Shown here one piece after another: positions 47,009 through 56,490 of a stretch of DNA of 64,000 nucleotides. Position numbers and translations under genes: made by a program. Within the stretch, counting starts at the first letter, position 1, and each line of letters begins with the position of its first letter. Below the pieces are notes generated by a model. It had not been told where the DNA came from and did no database searches. It saw only the letters and a list, made by a program, of their open reading frames with translations. The stretch is taken from assembly GCF_026626745.1 (NCBI RefSeq), contig NZ_JAPNJW010000002.1, positions 1,190,151 through 1,254,150 on the forward strand. The letters run 5' to 3'. The DNA is from Nannocystis sp. RBIL2 (GTDB lineage: Bacteria > Myxococcota_A > Polyangia > Nannocystales > Nannocystaceae).

Positions 47009-48274
47009 TCAGGCTCGCTCGAACGCGCGCACCTTGTCCCAGGACTCGCGGCGTTCGGCCTCCGGGTCGGAGTCGATCACGATCCCCCCGCCACTCTGCA
47101 GCCACAGCCCGGCCGCGTCCGCCACCCCGGTGCGGATCGGGATGCTGCAGCGCAGACCGTCGGGCAGCAGCGCCACGATCGCCCCGCAGTAGATCCCGCG
47201 AGCGCGCTGCTCGAGCCGCTCGATGTGCTCGGCCGTGCGCCGCTTGGGGGCTCCTGTCACGCTGCCGCCGGGGAACACCGCCGCCATCACCTCCGCCAGC
47301 GTCCATCCCTGGCGCAGCGTGCAGCGGACCTCCGACACCAGGTGATGCACCGTCGGCAGCGTCACCAGCTCGGGCCGGGCCGGCGCGCGGACCGAACCCG
47401 GACGCGCGAGCCGGCCGAGATCGTTGCGCACAAGATCAACGATCATCACGTGTTCAGCGAGATCTTTGATGCTCTGCTGCAACTCTTCTTGGGCCGCCCG
47501 ATCGCCCTCCGGATCGGCCCCTCGCGGGCGCGTCCCCTTGATCGGCCACGAGCGCGCCAGGTCGCCCCCGTCCTCTCCTGCCCCCAGCTCGATCGCCAGC
47601 AGCGTCTCCGGCGAATTGGAGATCGCCCAGCGTCCGCACGGCCGGCCGGGCTCGATCGCCAGCAGGCCTCCCATGCTCGCCGGCGTCGCCGCCTGCACCG
47701 CGGCATACACGGCCGCCGCCCTGGCCGCCACCGGCCGACTCGCCCATTCCGGCAGCCACCGCGCCACGAACGGCTGCGTCAGGTTGATCTGGTACGTCTC
47801 CCCGGCCGCGATGAATTCCTGCGCCCGGCGCACGCGCGCCCGGTAGTCCTCGGCAGCGACCAGCGCCTCGACCGGACCCAGCGGCCAGTCCTGTCCCCAG
47901 AGCCAGGTGGCGGTCGCCAGCCGCGCCAGCAGTTCCGCCCCGGCGCGAGCGTCCCCATGGATCTGCTCGCGCGCCCCGAGCTCGAGCGCCGCCCGGTAAC
48001 GGCGGAGCACCAGCCCCGGCAAACTCGCCGCCGTCCGCGGGCGGCCGAGCAGCGCCGCAGTGCCCACCTCGTACGTCAGCCAGCCGAACCACGGCAGCCT
48101 CGGCTCCGCCCGCCAGAGCGCCTCGATCGTCGGCAACGCCGTCAGATCGTCGGCCACCACCTCGAGGTCGGGCTCGAGCGCCACGAACCCGCGGCCCGCT
48201 CCGCCGTCGAGCCACGCCAACGCGCCGCCCGGCTCCGACGCGGCCAGCGCCGCGATCTGGCGCGCCCGGCTCAC
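47009..48274 (-). CDS. pabB: aminodeoxychorismate/anthranilate synthase component I family (chorismate-binding enzyme)
   Basis: GTG start overlaps the pgsA stop; C-terminal chorismate-binding signature PGGSVTGAPKRRTAEHIERLE...GIYCGAIV. Confidence 0.8.
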   Translation of the reverse strand: MSRARQIAALAASEPGGALAWLDGGAGRGFVALEPDLEVVADDLTALPTIEALWRAEPRLPWFGWLTYEVGTAALLGRPRTAASLPGLVLRRYRAALELGAREQIHGDARAGAELLARLATATWLWGQDWPLGPVEALVAAEDYRARVRRAQEFIAAGETYQINLTQPFVARWLPEWASRPVAARAAAVYAAVQAATPASMGGLLAIEPGRPCGRWAISNSPETLLAIELGAGEDGGDLARSWPIKGTRPRGADPEGDRAAQEELQQSIKDLAEHVMIVDLVRNDLGRLARPGSVRAPARPELVTLPTVHHLVSEVRCTLRQGWTLAEVMAAVFPGGSVTGAPKRRTAEHIERLEQRARGIYCGAIVALLPDGLRCSIPIRTGVADAAGLWLQSGGGIVIDSDPEAERRESWDKVRAFERA

Positions 48275-48822
48275 TCGGCGTTCTTCTGCGCCAGCGCCTC
48301 GCGGAAGCCGAACGTGTAGTCGACCGCGCTCTTGATCGACACGAACACCGACAGCCCGAGCAGCACCAGGCCGACTCGATGGAAGTCGAGCGCCTCCTCG
48401 ATGCCCGGCAGGCGGTAGCGGTAGTGCATCAGCAGGAACGAGATGCCCGTCAGCTGGAACGCCGTCTTCGCCTTACCGCCGGCGCTGGCGGCGATGATGA
48501 TGTTCTCCGAGCTGGCGAGCGAGCGCAGGCCGTTGATGTAGAACTCGCGGGTCAACAACAGCACCACCAGCCAGGCGGGCGCGCGGTCGTCCATCACCAA
48601 GTAGATGAGCACCGCCGACACCATGATCTTGTCGGCGAGCGGGTCGACGAACTTGCCGAACACCGTCACCAGGCCGGAGCGGCGGGCCAGCCAGCCGTCG
48701 ATCAGGTCGAGCAGCGACGCGACCGTGAACAGCAGCGACGCGAGCACGCAGCGCCACGGATCGGTCTTGTCGATCAGCATGAGCACCGGCGGGATGAGGA
48801 ACACCCGGCCGATGGTGATCAT
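48271..48822 (-). CDS. pgsA: CDP-diacylglycerol--glycerol-3-phosphate 3-phosphatidyltransferase
   Basis: ORF 48271..48918, ATG MITIGRVFLIPP at 48822 (start uncertain); CDP-alcohol phosphatidyltransferase motif DLIDGWLARR...GKFVDPLADK. Confidence 0.8.
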   Translation of the reverse strand: MITIGRVFLIPPVLMLIDKTDPWRCVLASLLFTVASLLDLIDGWLARRSGLVTVFGKFVDPLADKIMVSAVLIYLVMDDRAPAWLVVLLLTREFYINGLRSLASSENIIIAASAGGKAKTAFQLTGISFLLMHYRYRLPGIEEALDFHRVGLVLLGLSVFVSIKSAVDYTFGFREALAQKNAE

Positions 48823-48948
48823 GTTGGGGAGATTCAGGATCTCCCGGCGGAAGCCTTCGTACCTCTTCACAGAAAGCCGCGGGAGCCTACCGCGAAGCCA
48901 GGGCCACGTCCAAGACAAGACGCGAGGCCCTGCGAGATCGGCGTCGGC

Positions 48949-49692
48949 TCACGGACTGGCGATCGCCCGCGCGGGGCTCGCCCCGCCGGCCCCGTCCTGA
49001 AGCAGCCGCTCGTACGCATAAAACCGGCGCAGGACCGCCTTCACGTACGCACGCACCCCCGGGTGTGGCGGTACCCCGCCGTACTTCTGCACCGCGCCGG
49101 CGCCCGAGAAGTAACCGGCCGCCACCAGCACCATGTCGCCGCCGAACCGGTTGGCCAGGAGGCGCAGGAACTTGGCCCCGCCGTAGATGCTCTGGCGTGG
49201 GTCGAACGCCTGCTGGACCCCGAGGAAGCGCGCGGTCGACGGCATCAGCTGCATCAGCCCCATCGCCCCCGTGCTGCTGACCGCCCCGGGATAGTAGTTG
49301 CTCTCGGTGTGAATCACCGCGCGCACCAGCGACTCCGGCAGCTGATACAGCCGCGCCGCCCCGCGGATGTGCGTCTCCCAGCGGCGCGAGCGTTCGTCGG
49401 CCAGCGCCTCGGCGACCTCGACCTGCGGATCGCGGCGCGGCGCCGACGGTTCCGCCTCGGCCGCCGCAGTCTTCGGCGCCCCGCCTTCGCCGCCGCTGCC
49501 CGGCATCTCCTCGACCTCGCGCCGTCCCGCGCCGACAGCGCGCACGGGCGTCACGTGGACCACCCCCTGCGCGTCCGTGTAGCGGCGGTAGGTCGGTTCG
49601 GCTGCCCCCGCAGGGCCCGGAAGCGTGATCGAGATCGCCGCCAACACCGCTGCGCAGCCGCGCCGCGTCTGCCAGGTCCGCCGCAGCGGCAT
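48949..49692 (-). CDS. lytic transglycosylase (SLT domain), secreted
   Basis: ORF 48949..49710, Met MPLRR at 49692; signal peptide; SLT catalytic motif ESNYYPGAVSSTGAMGLMQLMPSTA. Confidence 0.8.
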   Translation of the reverse strand: MPLRRTWQTRRGCAAVLAAISITLPGPAGAAEPTYRRYTDAQGVVHVTPVRAVGAGRREVEEMPGSGGEGGAPKTAAAEAEPSAPRRDPQVEVAEALADERSRRWETHIRGAARLYQLPESLVRAVIHTESNYYPGAVSSTGAMGLMQLMPSTARFLGVQQAFDPRQSIYGGAKFLRLLANRFGGDMVLVAAGYFSGAGAVQKYGGVPPHPGVRAYVKAVLRRFYAYERLLQDGAGGASPARAIASP

Positions 49693-49781
49693 GGGCCGAT
49701 CCGCTCCCACGGGCCCAGCCTATCGCCGCCGCGGACCCTTGTCGACCGGCCCCGCCGCTCTGCTACTTTCGCCCCACCACC

Positions 49782-51395
49782 ATGACCGCCAGCACGCCGA
49801 TCCACCACGCGCGCTACCTCGTGCTCGGCAGCGGGCTCGCGGGCCTCTACTTCGCCCTCGAGGTCGCGGATCGCGGACCGGTGGTGATCCTCACCAAGCA
49901 CCGCGCCGAGTCGAGCAACACCCGCTGGGCCCAGGGCGGGATCTCGGCCGTGTTCGCGGGCGACGACTCGCTCGAGGAGCACATCGAGGACACGCTGACC
50001 GTCGGCGCCGGCCTGTGCAACCGCGACATGGTCACCTACGCCGTCCAGCGCGGACCCACCCTCGTGCGGCGCCTGGCCGAGCGCTACGGCGTCCGCTTCG
50101 ACCGCGTCGGCGGCGACGAGCACGCCCCCTTCGAGCTCGGGCGGGAAGGCGGCCACTCGCGCCGGCGCGTCGTGCATCACCGCGACACCACCGGCTACGA
50201 GATCGAGCACGCCCTGCTGGCGGCCGCGCACGCCCACCCGAACATCACGATCCACGAGCACCACACCGTCATCGACCTCCTGAGCTGGACCAAGGTCGAC
50301 GGCAGCCGCGGCTGCTTCGGCGTATACGCGCTGAACAACGCCGCCGATCGCGTCGAGGCATTCGTCGCCCCGATCACCGTCCTCGCCACCGGCGGGGCCG
50401 GCCGCGTCTACCGCTATACGACCAACCCGGCGGTCGCCACCTCCGACGGCGTCGCGGTCGCCTACCGGATCGGCGCCTCGGTCGGCAACCTCGAGTTCAT
50501 GCAGTTCCACCCGACCTGCCTGCACCACCCCGATGCCAACACCTTCCTGATCTCGGAGGCGCTGCGCGGCGAGGGCGGCATTTTGCGGCGGGCCGACAGC
50601 AGCGACCTCATGGCCGAGCGGCACCCGATGGGCTCGCTCGCCCCGCGCGACGTGGTCGCCCGCGAGATCGACGCCGAGCTCAAGCGGTCGGGCGAGCGCT
50701 GCGTGTTCCTCGACATGACGCACCTCGATCCCGACTACGTGGTCAGCCGCTTCCCGGCGATTCACGCCCGCTGCATGTCGGTCGGCATCGACATGCGCAA
50801 GGACCCGATCCCCGTGGTCCCCGCGGCCCATTACATGTGCGGCGGCGTCGTCGTCGATCGCCACGGCCGCACCGACATCCCCGGCCTGATGGCGATCGGC
50901 GAGGTCGCTATGAGCGGCCTCCACGGCGCCTGCCGCCTGGCCTCCAACAGTTTGCTCGAGGCGGTCGTCCTCGCCGACGGCGCCGCCCAGGCCTGCGACG
51001 ACTTCGGCCGCGGCCCGCCCGATCAGGTCAGCCCGTGGAACGAGGGCGCCGCCCGCGATTCGGACGAGGCGGTCATGGTCTCGGCCAACTGGGAGGAGGT
51101 GCGCGCCGCCATGTGGAACTTCGTCGGCATCGTCCGCTCGGACAAGCGCCTCGAGCGCGGGCGGCGGCGGCTCGACCTCATCCGCGAGGAGATCCTCGAG
51201 TACTACTGGAAATTCCGCGTCACCCGCGACGTGCTCGAGCTGCGCAACATCTCTCTGGTCGGCAGCCTCATCATCGAGTGCGCCCGCCAGCGCAAGGAGT
51301 CGCGCGGCCTCCACTACACGATCGACTACCCGACCACGCGCGACGAGTACGCGCACGACATCATCCTCGACAAGCGCAGCGGGCCCAGGGCCTGA
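49782..51395 (+). CDS. nadB: L-aspartate oxidase
   Basis: YLVLGSGLAGLYFALE FAD motif; RWAQGGISAV; flavoprotein fumarate-reductase family architecture; length 537 aa. Confidence 0.9.
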   Translation: MTASTPIHHARYLVLGSGLAGLYFALEVADRGPVVILTKHRAESSNTRWAQGGISAVFAGDDSLEEHIEDTLTVGAGLCNRDMVTYAVQRGPTLVRRLAERYGVRFDRVGGDEHAPFELGREGGHSRRRVVHHRDTTGYEIEHALLAAAHAHPNITIHEHHTVIDLLSWTKVDGSRGCFGVYALNNAADRVEAFVAPITVLATGGAGRVYRYTTNPAVATSDGVAVAYRIGASVGNLEFMQFHPTCLHHPDANTFLISEALRGEGGILRRADSSDLMAERHPMGSLAPRDVVAREIDAELKRSGERCVFLDMTHLDPDYVVSRFPAIHARCMSVGIDMRKDPIPVVPAAHYMCGGVVVDRHGRTDIPGLMAIGEVAMSGLHGACRLASNSLLEAVVLADGAAQACDDFGRGPPDQVSPWNEGAARDSDEAVMVSANWEEVRAAMWNFVGIVRSDKRLERGRRRLDLIREEILEYYWKFRVTRDVLELRNISLVGSLIIECARQRKESRGLHYTIDYPTTRDEYAHDIILDKRSGPRA

Positions 51396-51467
51396 GCCGA
51401 CCTGGCCTTTGTGACAGGAATTAATCGAGCTGTGCCCACGCTCCGCGAACCCGGCATTCGCCCGCCG

Positions 51468-52109
51468 ATGCGTCGCCGCCGGTCCTTGTTGCTCGCCGGT
51501 CTGTTGCTGATGGCCTGTCGCGGCGGCGGCGGCGCGCGCAGCCCCGAAGCGTTGCGCGAGGCTTATGCCCGGGCTCTGGCCGCCGACGATCCGGCCGCCG
51601 CGTACGCCTTGCTCAGCCCGGAGCTGCGCGCGGCGACCTCGAAGGAGGCGTTCACGGCGCGCTGGAAGGCGCAGGCGGCCGAGCGCTCGGCGGCCAAGGC
51701 CGCGCTCGACACGCTGCCGCCCGCGCTCAAGACGCCGGTGCGCGGCGGCGAGACCGTCCACGACGGCGCCGTGCTCGCATGGGCGCAAACCGGCGGCCAT
51801 TACCAGGTCGTGAGCGGCCTGCCGGGCTTGCCGGACCTCTCGACCCCGGCTAGCGCGATTCGGGCCTTTCTGACCGCCGTCCGGCGGGCCGATCTCGGCG
51901 CGCTTTCCACGCTGCTCGCAGACGATCTCTCTTCGCGCCTCCGCGACGACTGGAACCGCCGGGCGGACCTTCTGGAGCAACTCCTGAAGCAACCTGGGGC
52001 AATTGAGTTCACGCCGGGGATGGAACGCGCGATCCTGCGCTACGAGCCCGGGCGCGCCCTGACGCTCGAGCAGACTCCTCAGGGATGGCGGATCGTGGCC
52101 CTGCAGTGA
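51468..52109 (+). CDS. hypothetical lipoprotein
   Basis: ORF 51411..52109, Met MRRRRSLLLAGLLLMAC at 51468 (lipobox LMAC). Confidence 0.55.
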   Translation: MRRRRSLLLAGLLLMACRGGGGARSPEALREAYARALAADDPAAAYALLSPELRAATSKEAFTARWKAQAAERSAAKAALDTLPPALKTPVRGGETVHDGAVLAWAQTGGHYQVVSGLPGLPDLSTPASAIRAFLTAVRRADLGALSTLLADDLSSRLRDDWNRRADLLEQLLKQPGAIEFTPGMERAILRYEPGRALTLEQTPQGWRIVALQ

Positions 52110-52393
52110 GATATGCCAGGTTCACACCGTTCTTTTCACTGGACGCGCCTTACCCGGCTGCTATCTACTTTGCCCGACAGGCGGGCAAACCCGCTCGTCC
52201 GGGGTGGCTACAATCGTAGCCACTCGCAGTAGCCCCCTGACTGCTGGCCTCGCGATGGCCGGCAAGTGGCCGACCGGTGTCCGGGCGGCCGTCCGATACC
52301 GACCCCCTTGGCTTGTCGCTGCTTCTTCGCCCTTTCCGCCGCGCCATCCACCGGCGGCGCCGTCACCTGCAGGATTGCCCCGATCGGCCCCCT

Positions 52394-52412
52394 GGGCCTT
52401 TTTTCCGCTTAA
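52394..52412 (+). terminator. possible intrinsic terminator (GGCCC-cct-GGGCC + T6)
   Basis: GC stem followed by TTTTTT at 52407-52412, about 290 nt downstream of the lipoprotein gene and 160 nt upstream of cdnL. Confidence 0.35.
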
Positions 52413-52571
52413 GGAGCACCCTGCGCCGACGCGCCGAGCCCGACTGCACCGGGCCCAACTGTCCCGAACTACTTTGAAGGTGGGGGATTTCGTCCCCACG
52501 ACGCCCGTCGACGAGTCGGCGGCACAAGAGGTGCAGAGGGGCGCGCGCAAACGCCTGGAGACGAACTGCCG

Positions 52572-53063
52572 ATGCAACCCCGATTCAACGTTGGTGAGAA
52601 GGCCGTTTACCCGACTCACGGTGTCGCCGAGGTCATGGCCCTCGAGACGAAAATCATCGAGTCGCGCCCCTTCCAGTTCTATCACCTGCGCGTCTTCGGC
52701 TCCGGCCTGAAGATCATCGTGCCGGTGGCCAAGGCCGAAGAGAACGGCATGCGTCCCCTCGCCGACGGCGAGATGATCGACGAGCTCTACGATCTGCTGC
52801 GCGACCACGAGGTCCCGTGCGATCGCCAGACCTGGAACCGGCGTTACCGCGGCTTCATGGAGAAGATCCGCACGGGTTCGCTGTTCGAGGTCGGCGAGGT
52901 GTACCGCGATCTGAGCCTCCTCAAGCACACCAAGAATCTTTCGCACGGCGAGCGGCAGATGCTGCAGACCGCCCGGAACCTGGTCATTCGCGAGCTCTCG
53001 ACCGTCCGCAACGAGCCCGAGTCCGCGATCGCCGCTGAGCTGGACTCGATGCTGCAGGCTTGA
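52572..53063 (+). CDS. cdnL: CarD-family transcription regulator CdnL
   Basis: FNVGEKAVYPTHGVAEVMALE...TWNRRYRGFMEKIRTGSLFEVGEVYRDLSLLK... aligns closely with Myxococcus xanthus CdnL. Confidence 0.9.
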   Translation: MQPRFNVGEKAVYPTHGVAEVMALETKIIESRPFQFYHLRVFGSGLKIIVPVAKAEENGMRPLADGEMIDELYDLLRDHEVPCDRQTWNRRYRGFMEKIRTGSLFEVGEVYRDLSLLKHTKNLSHGERQMLQTARNLVIRELSTVRNEPESAIAAELDSMLQA

Positions 53064-53076
53064 GTAAGGTCCGCGC

Positions 53077-53604
53077 GTGGCCACCGACATCAATGAGTCC
53101 GTCGAGATCCAGATCTCGACCTTGCCCTGGGAGCAGATCGCGGTCGACGCCTTCGTCTGTCCGACCAACTCCGAGGGCGTGATGAGTCACTTCCCGGCCA
53201 ACAAGATCCGCGACCTGGCCGGCCGCGAGATCGAGGCGATGGTGAAGGAGCACACCCCGCTGGCGATCGGCGCCGCGTTCGTGACGCCCGCGGGCAAGAT
53301 GAAGGCGAAGTACCTCATCCACGTGCCCAACACCGATCGCCCCGGCGGTCGCGTCCAGGTCGAGGACGTCCTGCGCGCCACCGCGGCGGTGCTGGTGGCC
53401 TGCAAGGTCAAGGGCTTCACGAGCGTCGCCGTCCCGTTGATGGGTGCGTTCGAGCTCGGGATCCCTGCCGAGGAAGCCGCTCGCGCGATCCACAGCGAGC
53501 TCAAGGTCTACCGCGGCGAGCGCCCGCTCCGCGCCTTCCTCATGGCCAAGGACGCCGACGACGTCGAGGTGTTCGAGTTGGCCATGGAAGGGAACATCCC
53601 GTAG
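53077..53604 (+). CDS. macro-domain protein (ADP-ribose/O-acetyl-ADP-ribose processing family)
   Basis: GTG start; IAVDAFVCPTNSEG...YLIHVPNTDRPGG...VAVPLMGAFELGIP macro-domain pattern. Confidence 0.75.
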   Translation: MATDINESVEIQISTLPWEQIAVDAFVCPTNSEGVMSHFPANKIRDLAGREIEAMVKEHTPLAIGAAFVTPAGKMKAKYLIHVPNTDRPGGRVQVEDVLRATAAVLVACKVKGFTSVAVPLMGAFELGIPAEEAARAIHSELKVYRGERPLRAFLMAKDADDVEVFELAMEGNIP

Positions 53605-53952
53605 ATGAGCCCCCTGCTCGACTACCTGCCTCTCGTCGCAGCCGTCGGGCTCATCGGGGTCCTCGCCGGCCTGGTCCGCGCGCGTGCGAGGCAGCAGGCC
53701 GCGCCCGACGCCGGCGAGAGCCTGGTTCAGCTGCGCCCGCGTCAGCCCGTCGACACCGGCGGCCTCCTCGCGCTGGCCGGCCTCGGCTTCGCGCTCGCGC
53801 TGGCCCTGGTCCTGTTCGCGCCGACCGCCGCGGTCTGCCTGTCCAGCACGACATGTCCGGAAGGACCTGCCCTTTGGGTCAGCGCCGCCGGCCTGGGTCT
53901 GCTGGGTCTGGCGACCGCGATCGCGTGGCCCTCGCTGACCCGCGCGCCATGA
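53605..53952 (+). CDS. small membrane protein
   Basis: ATG directly after the macro-gene stop; three hydrophobic segments; contains an in-frame GGACATGTCC-type element (STTCPEGPALW). Confidence 0.45.
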   Translation: MSPLLDYLPLVAAVGLIGVLAGLVRARARQQAAPDAGESLVQLRPRQPVDTGGLLALAGLGFALALALVLFAPTAAVCLSSTTCPEGPALWVSAAGLGLLGLATAIAWPSLTRAP

Positions 53953-56105
53953 TCCGCCCGCGCGCCGCCGCCTCGCCTGCGCCCGCGTCGGCGAGCGGCG
54001 TCGTCGCGCTGGGTGTCTCGGCGAGTAACCTGGCCCAAAGCGCCTGCGACGGCCCGGCGCTGGACGTCGTGTCGCGCGAGCTGGCGTCGCCGCTTCGCGG
54101 CTTCAGGGTCCGTGCGAGCTCCTCGCTCGAGCTCGCGGGGCAGGACTTCCCGCTGCACCCGCCCGCTTCGGCCATGCCAGGCGTCGACGAGATGTCTGCG
54201 AGCTCCTCGCTCGCGGTCGTCTCGCCGCCTCTACTTCTTCGCGGCTTCGAAGCAAGCACTTGCACTGGGCTTGAGGTCGCGTCGCTGCGCTCGTCCGCTT
54301 CGGTCGACGAGACGCCGACGAGTTCGCCGCGCGAGGCCGCGTCGCCGCTTCCACTTCTCTGCCGCTTCGAAGCAAGCGCGAGCACTCGGCTCGAGGTCGC
54401 GTCGCTGCGGTCGACCGCCTCGGTCATGCAAGTTGTCGGCGAGACGCTGGCGAGCTCCTCGCGCGAGGCCGCGTCACCGCTTCCACTTCCTCGCGACTTC
54501 GAGGCAAGCGCGAGCACCCGGCCCGAGGTCGCGTCGCCGCTTCCGCCCGCTTCGGTCATGCGTGGTGTCGACGAGACGCTGGCGAGCTCCTCGCCCGAGG
54601 CCGCGTCACCGCTTCCACTTCCTCGCGACTTCGAGGCAAGCGCGAGCACCCGGCCCGAGGTCGCGTCGCCGCTTCCGCCCGCTTCGGTCATGCGTGGTGT
54701 CGACGAGACGCCGGTGAGCTCCGCGCCCGAGATCGCATCGCCGCTTCTTCGCAATTTCGACGCGAGCGCGAGCTCCTCGCCCGAGTCCCTGTCGCAGGAC
54801 GTCGCCCTGCGGCTGTCCACTTCGGTCGTCTCGCCGCTCCCACTCGCCCGCGTCGCGCACGCGAGCTCGCCGCTCCCTCGTCGCAACTTCCTCCGCGCCG
54901 CGCTCTCGCCCGCAGCGCCTTGCGTCCTCTTCTTCGCGCTCGGGCTCGGCTGCGGGGCCCCTCCGACGGGAGTGCGCGCCGAACCGGGGACGCTGGTGTT
55001 CACGCCGGCGGCGCAGCGTCTCGAGCTGCGACTCGTGAATCACGGCGCGGCGCCCGTCCCGTTGACGCGGATCCGCTTCGACACCCGCACCCCCGACTGG
55101 GGCGCCTTCTCGATCGAGAACCGCGAGTACCCGCGGGAGATCGCTGCTGGCGGAGCCGTGAGCCTGCGCCTCCGCGTCGACCGCGACCACTTCGATCGCA
55201 CCGGCGCCTCCGGCTCCGGCAGCGCGCGCCTCCTCTTCGCGGCGGGAGAGGCGCCCCAGATCGTCGAGCTCCGCTGGGAGCCACCCGATCTCGCGAGCGA
55301 TCTGCGGCGCACGGCGATCCGCACCGCCCTGGCGCTCGCGCTCGTCGCGCTGGCGTGGATCTCGACGCGCCGCACCCGGCTGAACTGGACCGCCTGGCTG
55401 CCGGTGGTGGCCGTCCTGGCGCTGTTCCCGTTCGGTCCGGGCCTGTGCTTCGACGGCCTCGGCAGCAGCCTTTCCGCCGCGGACGTCGAGCAGTGCGCCG
55501 CGGGACGGGGAGGTGCTTCGCTGTCGCTGATCGCCGTCGGCGAAGGCTGGCTCGTCTATCTCGTCGCCCTCGTGCTCGCCGGTCTCGGTCGCCTCGTCGA
55601 CCGGGCTGCGCTGGCCCGCCGCCTGGCGTCGCGCGACCTCGCCCTCGCCGCCGCATTCGCCGGCCCTTTGCTGGCCTTTGGCACCCTCGATCCACGGCAG
55701 CTCGTGGGGGAGCAAGCAGCGGGGCTCGTCGGCGGTGCTGCGATCCCCCCCGCCTGGGGAATCTTCGTGCAACCGATCGCCGCTGCCGTCGCCCTCGCGG
55801 TCGCGGCCGCGCCGCCGGCAGGACGGCTCGAGCGGCTCGTCTTCGCGGCGGCGTTCGTCGCCTGTTTCCTCGGCGGTGGTGTGCCCGCGACGGTACTCGC
55901 CGGCAGCGGCCACGGCCTCGTGCTGTTCATCGGCGCAGTCGTGGCGGCGGCGAAGATCGCTGCGGTCGTGTGGTTCGTGCAGCGGCTGCACGCGTCGGCC
56001 ACCGGCTCGCGTGCGCGCGCCGCTCTCTTCTTTCTCGAGCGGGCCGCGATGCCCCTGGCGATCGCCAATCTGCTGGCGACGTCGGTCTACGCCCTGCTGT
56101 GGTGA
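53949..56105 (+). CDS. repeat-containing protein with Tat/lipobox-like internal signal and a multi-TM C-terminal domain (start uncertain)
   Basis: ATGA overlap with the upstream gene; frame open through the 120-bp repeat array; PRRNFLRAALSPAAPCVLFFALGLGC looks like a twin-arginine lipoprotein signal; C-terminal 300 aa has at least 6 hydrophobic helices; the true start may lie downstream of the repeats. Confidence 0.45.
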   Translation: MIRPRAAASPAPASASGVVALGVSASNLAQSACDGPALDVVSRELASPLRGFRVRASSSLELAGQDFPLHPPASAMPGVDEMSASSSLAVVSPPLLLRGFEASTCTGLEVASLRSSASVDETPTSSPREAASPLPLLCRFEASASTRLEVASLRSTASVMQVVGETLASSSREAASPLPLPRDFEASASTRPEVASPLPPASVMRGVDETLASSSPEAASPLPLPRDFEASASTRPEVASPLPPASVMRGVDETPVSSAPEIASPLLRNFDASASSSPESLSQDVALRLSTSVVSPLPLARVAHASSPLPRRNFLRAALSPAAPCVLFFALGLGCGAPPTGVRAEPGTLVFTPAAQRLELRLVNHGAAPVPLTRIRFDTRTPDWGAFSIENREYPREIAAGGAVSLRLRVDRDHFDRTGASGSGSARLLFAAGEAPQIVELRWEPPDLASDLRRTAIRTALALALVALAWISTRRTRLNWTAWLPVVAVLALFPFGPGLCFDGLGSSLSAADVEQCAAGRGGASLSLIAVGEGWLVYLVALVLAGLGRLVDRAALARRLASRDLALAAAFAGPLLAFGTLDPRQLVGEQAAGLVGGAAIPPAWGIFVQPIAAAVALAVAAAPPAGRLERLVFAAAFVACFLGGGVPATVLAGSGHGLVLFIGAVVAAAKIAAVVWFVQRLHASATGSRARAALFFLERAAMPLAIANLLATSVYALLW
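54060..54900. repeat. tandem array of about 7 units of about 120 nt (two adjacent near-identical copies at about 54453-54572 and 54573-54692)
   Basis: Unit GAGACGCTGGCGAGCTCCTCGCNCGAGGCCGCGTCACCGCTTCCACTTCCTCGCGACTTCGAGGCAAGCGCGAGCACCCGGCCCGAGGTCGCGTCGCCGCTTCCGCCCGCTTCGGTCATGCGTGGTGTCGAC; all six frames stay open across it. Confidence 0.85.
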
Positions 56106-56490
56106 CGCGGGATGCGAGCAGGGCCGGGCGGCCAGGTCCCGAGAGACGGGTGCGGCGCTGCGCACTCAGCGCGCAGCGTGTCCGGTGTCTCCAACGTAGC
56201 TTTTTTCCGAAGCTGGTGTTAGCGTGGCCGGCGAAAAGCCTTGACCGCAGGCTTGCCCGGCGAGCGCGGATGCTAGTTCGGACGCCAAACCTCGTAATCC
56301 GAGTGAGACGGGACACACGCGACGCCGTTACGGCCCCACGGACCTGGGCTGAGATGGCGTCGCCGCAGGCTCGCGTGAAGAACCTGTCCCAAAGATATGA
56401 GCAGGCGCGGTATTGTACCCAGACCAACATCGGTGGGAGCTGCCCCTCCGATCGCGGTCGCGGCCCACGTGGGCCACGGGGAGGCGAATA

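Noticed and set aside
52424-52571. Small ORF after the AAGGAG at 52419-52424 upstream of cdnL
   Set aside because: There is no in-frame start with a plausible continuation. The sequence is more consistent with a structured leader.
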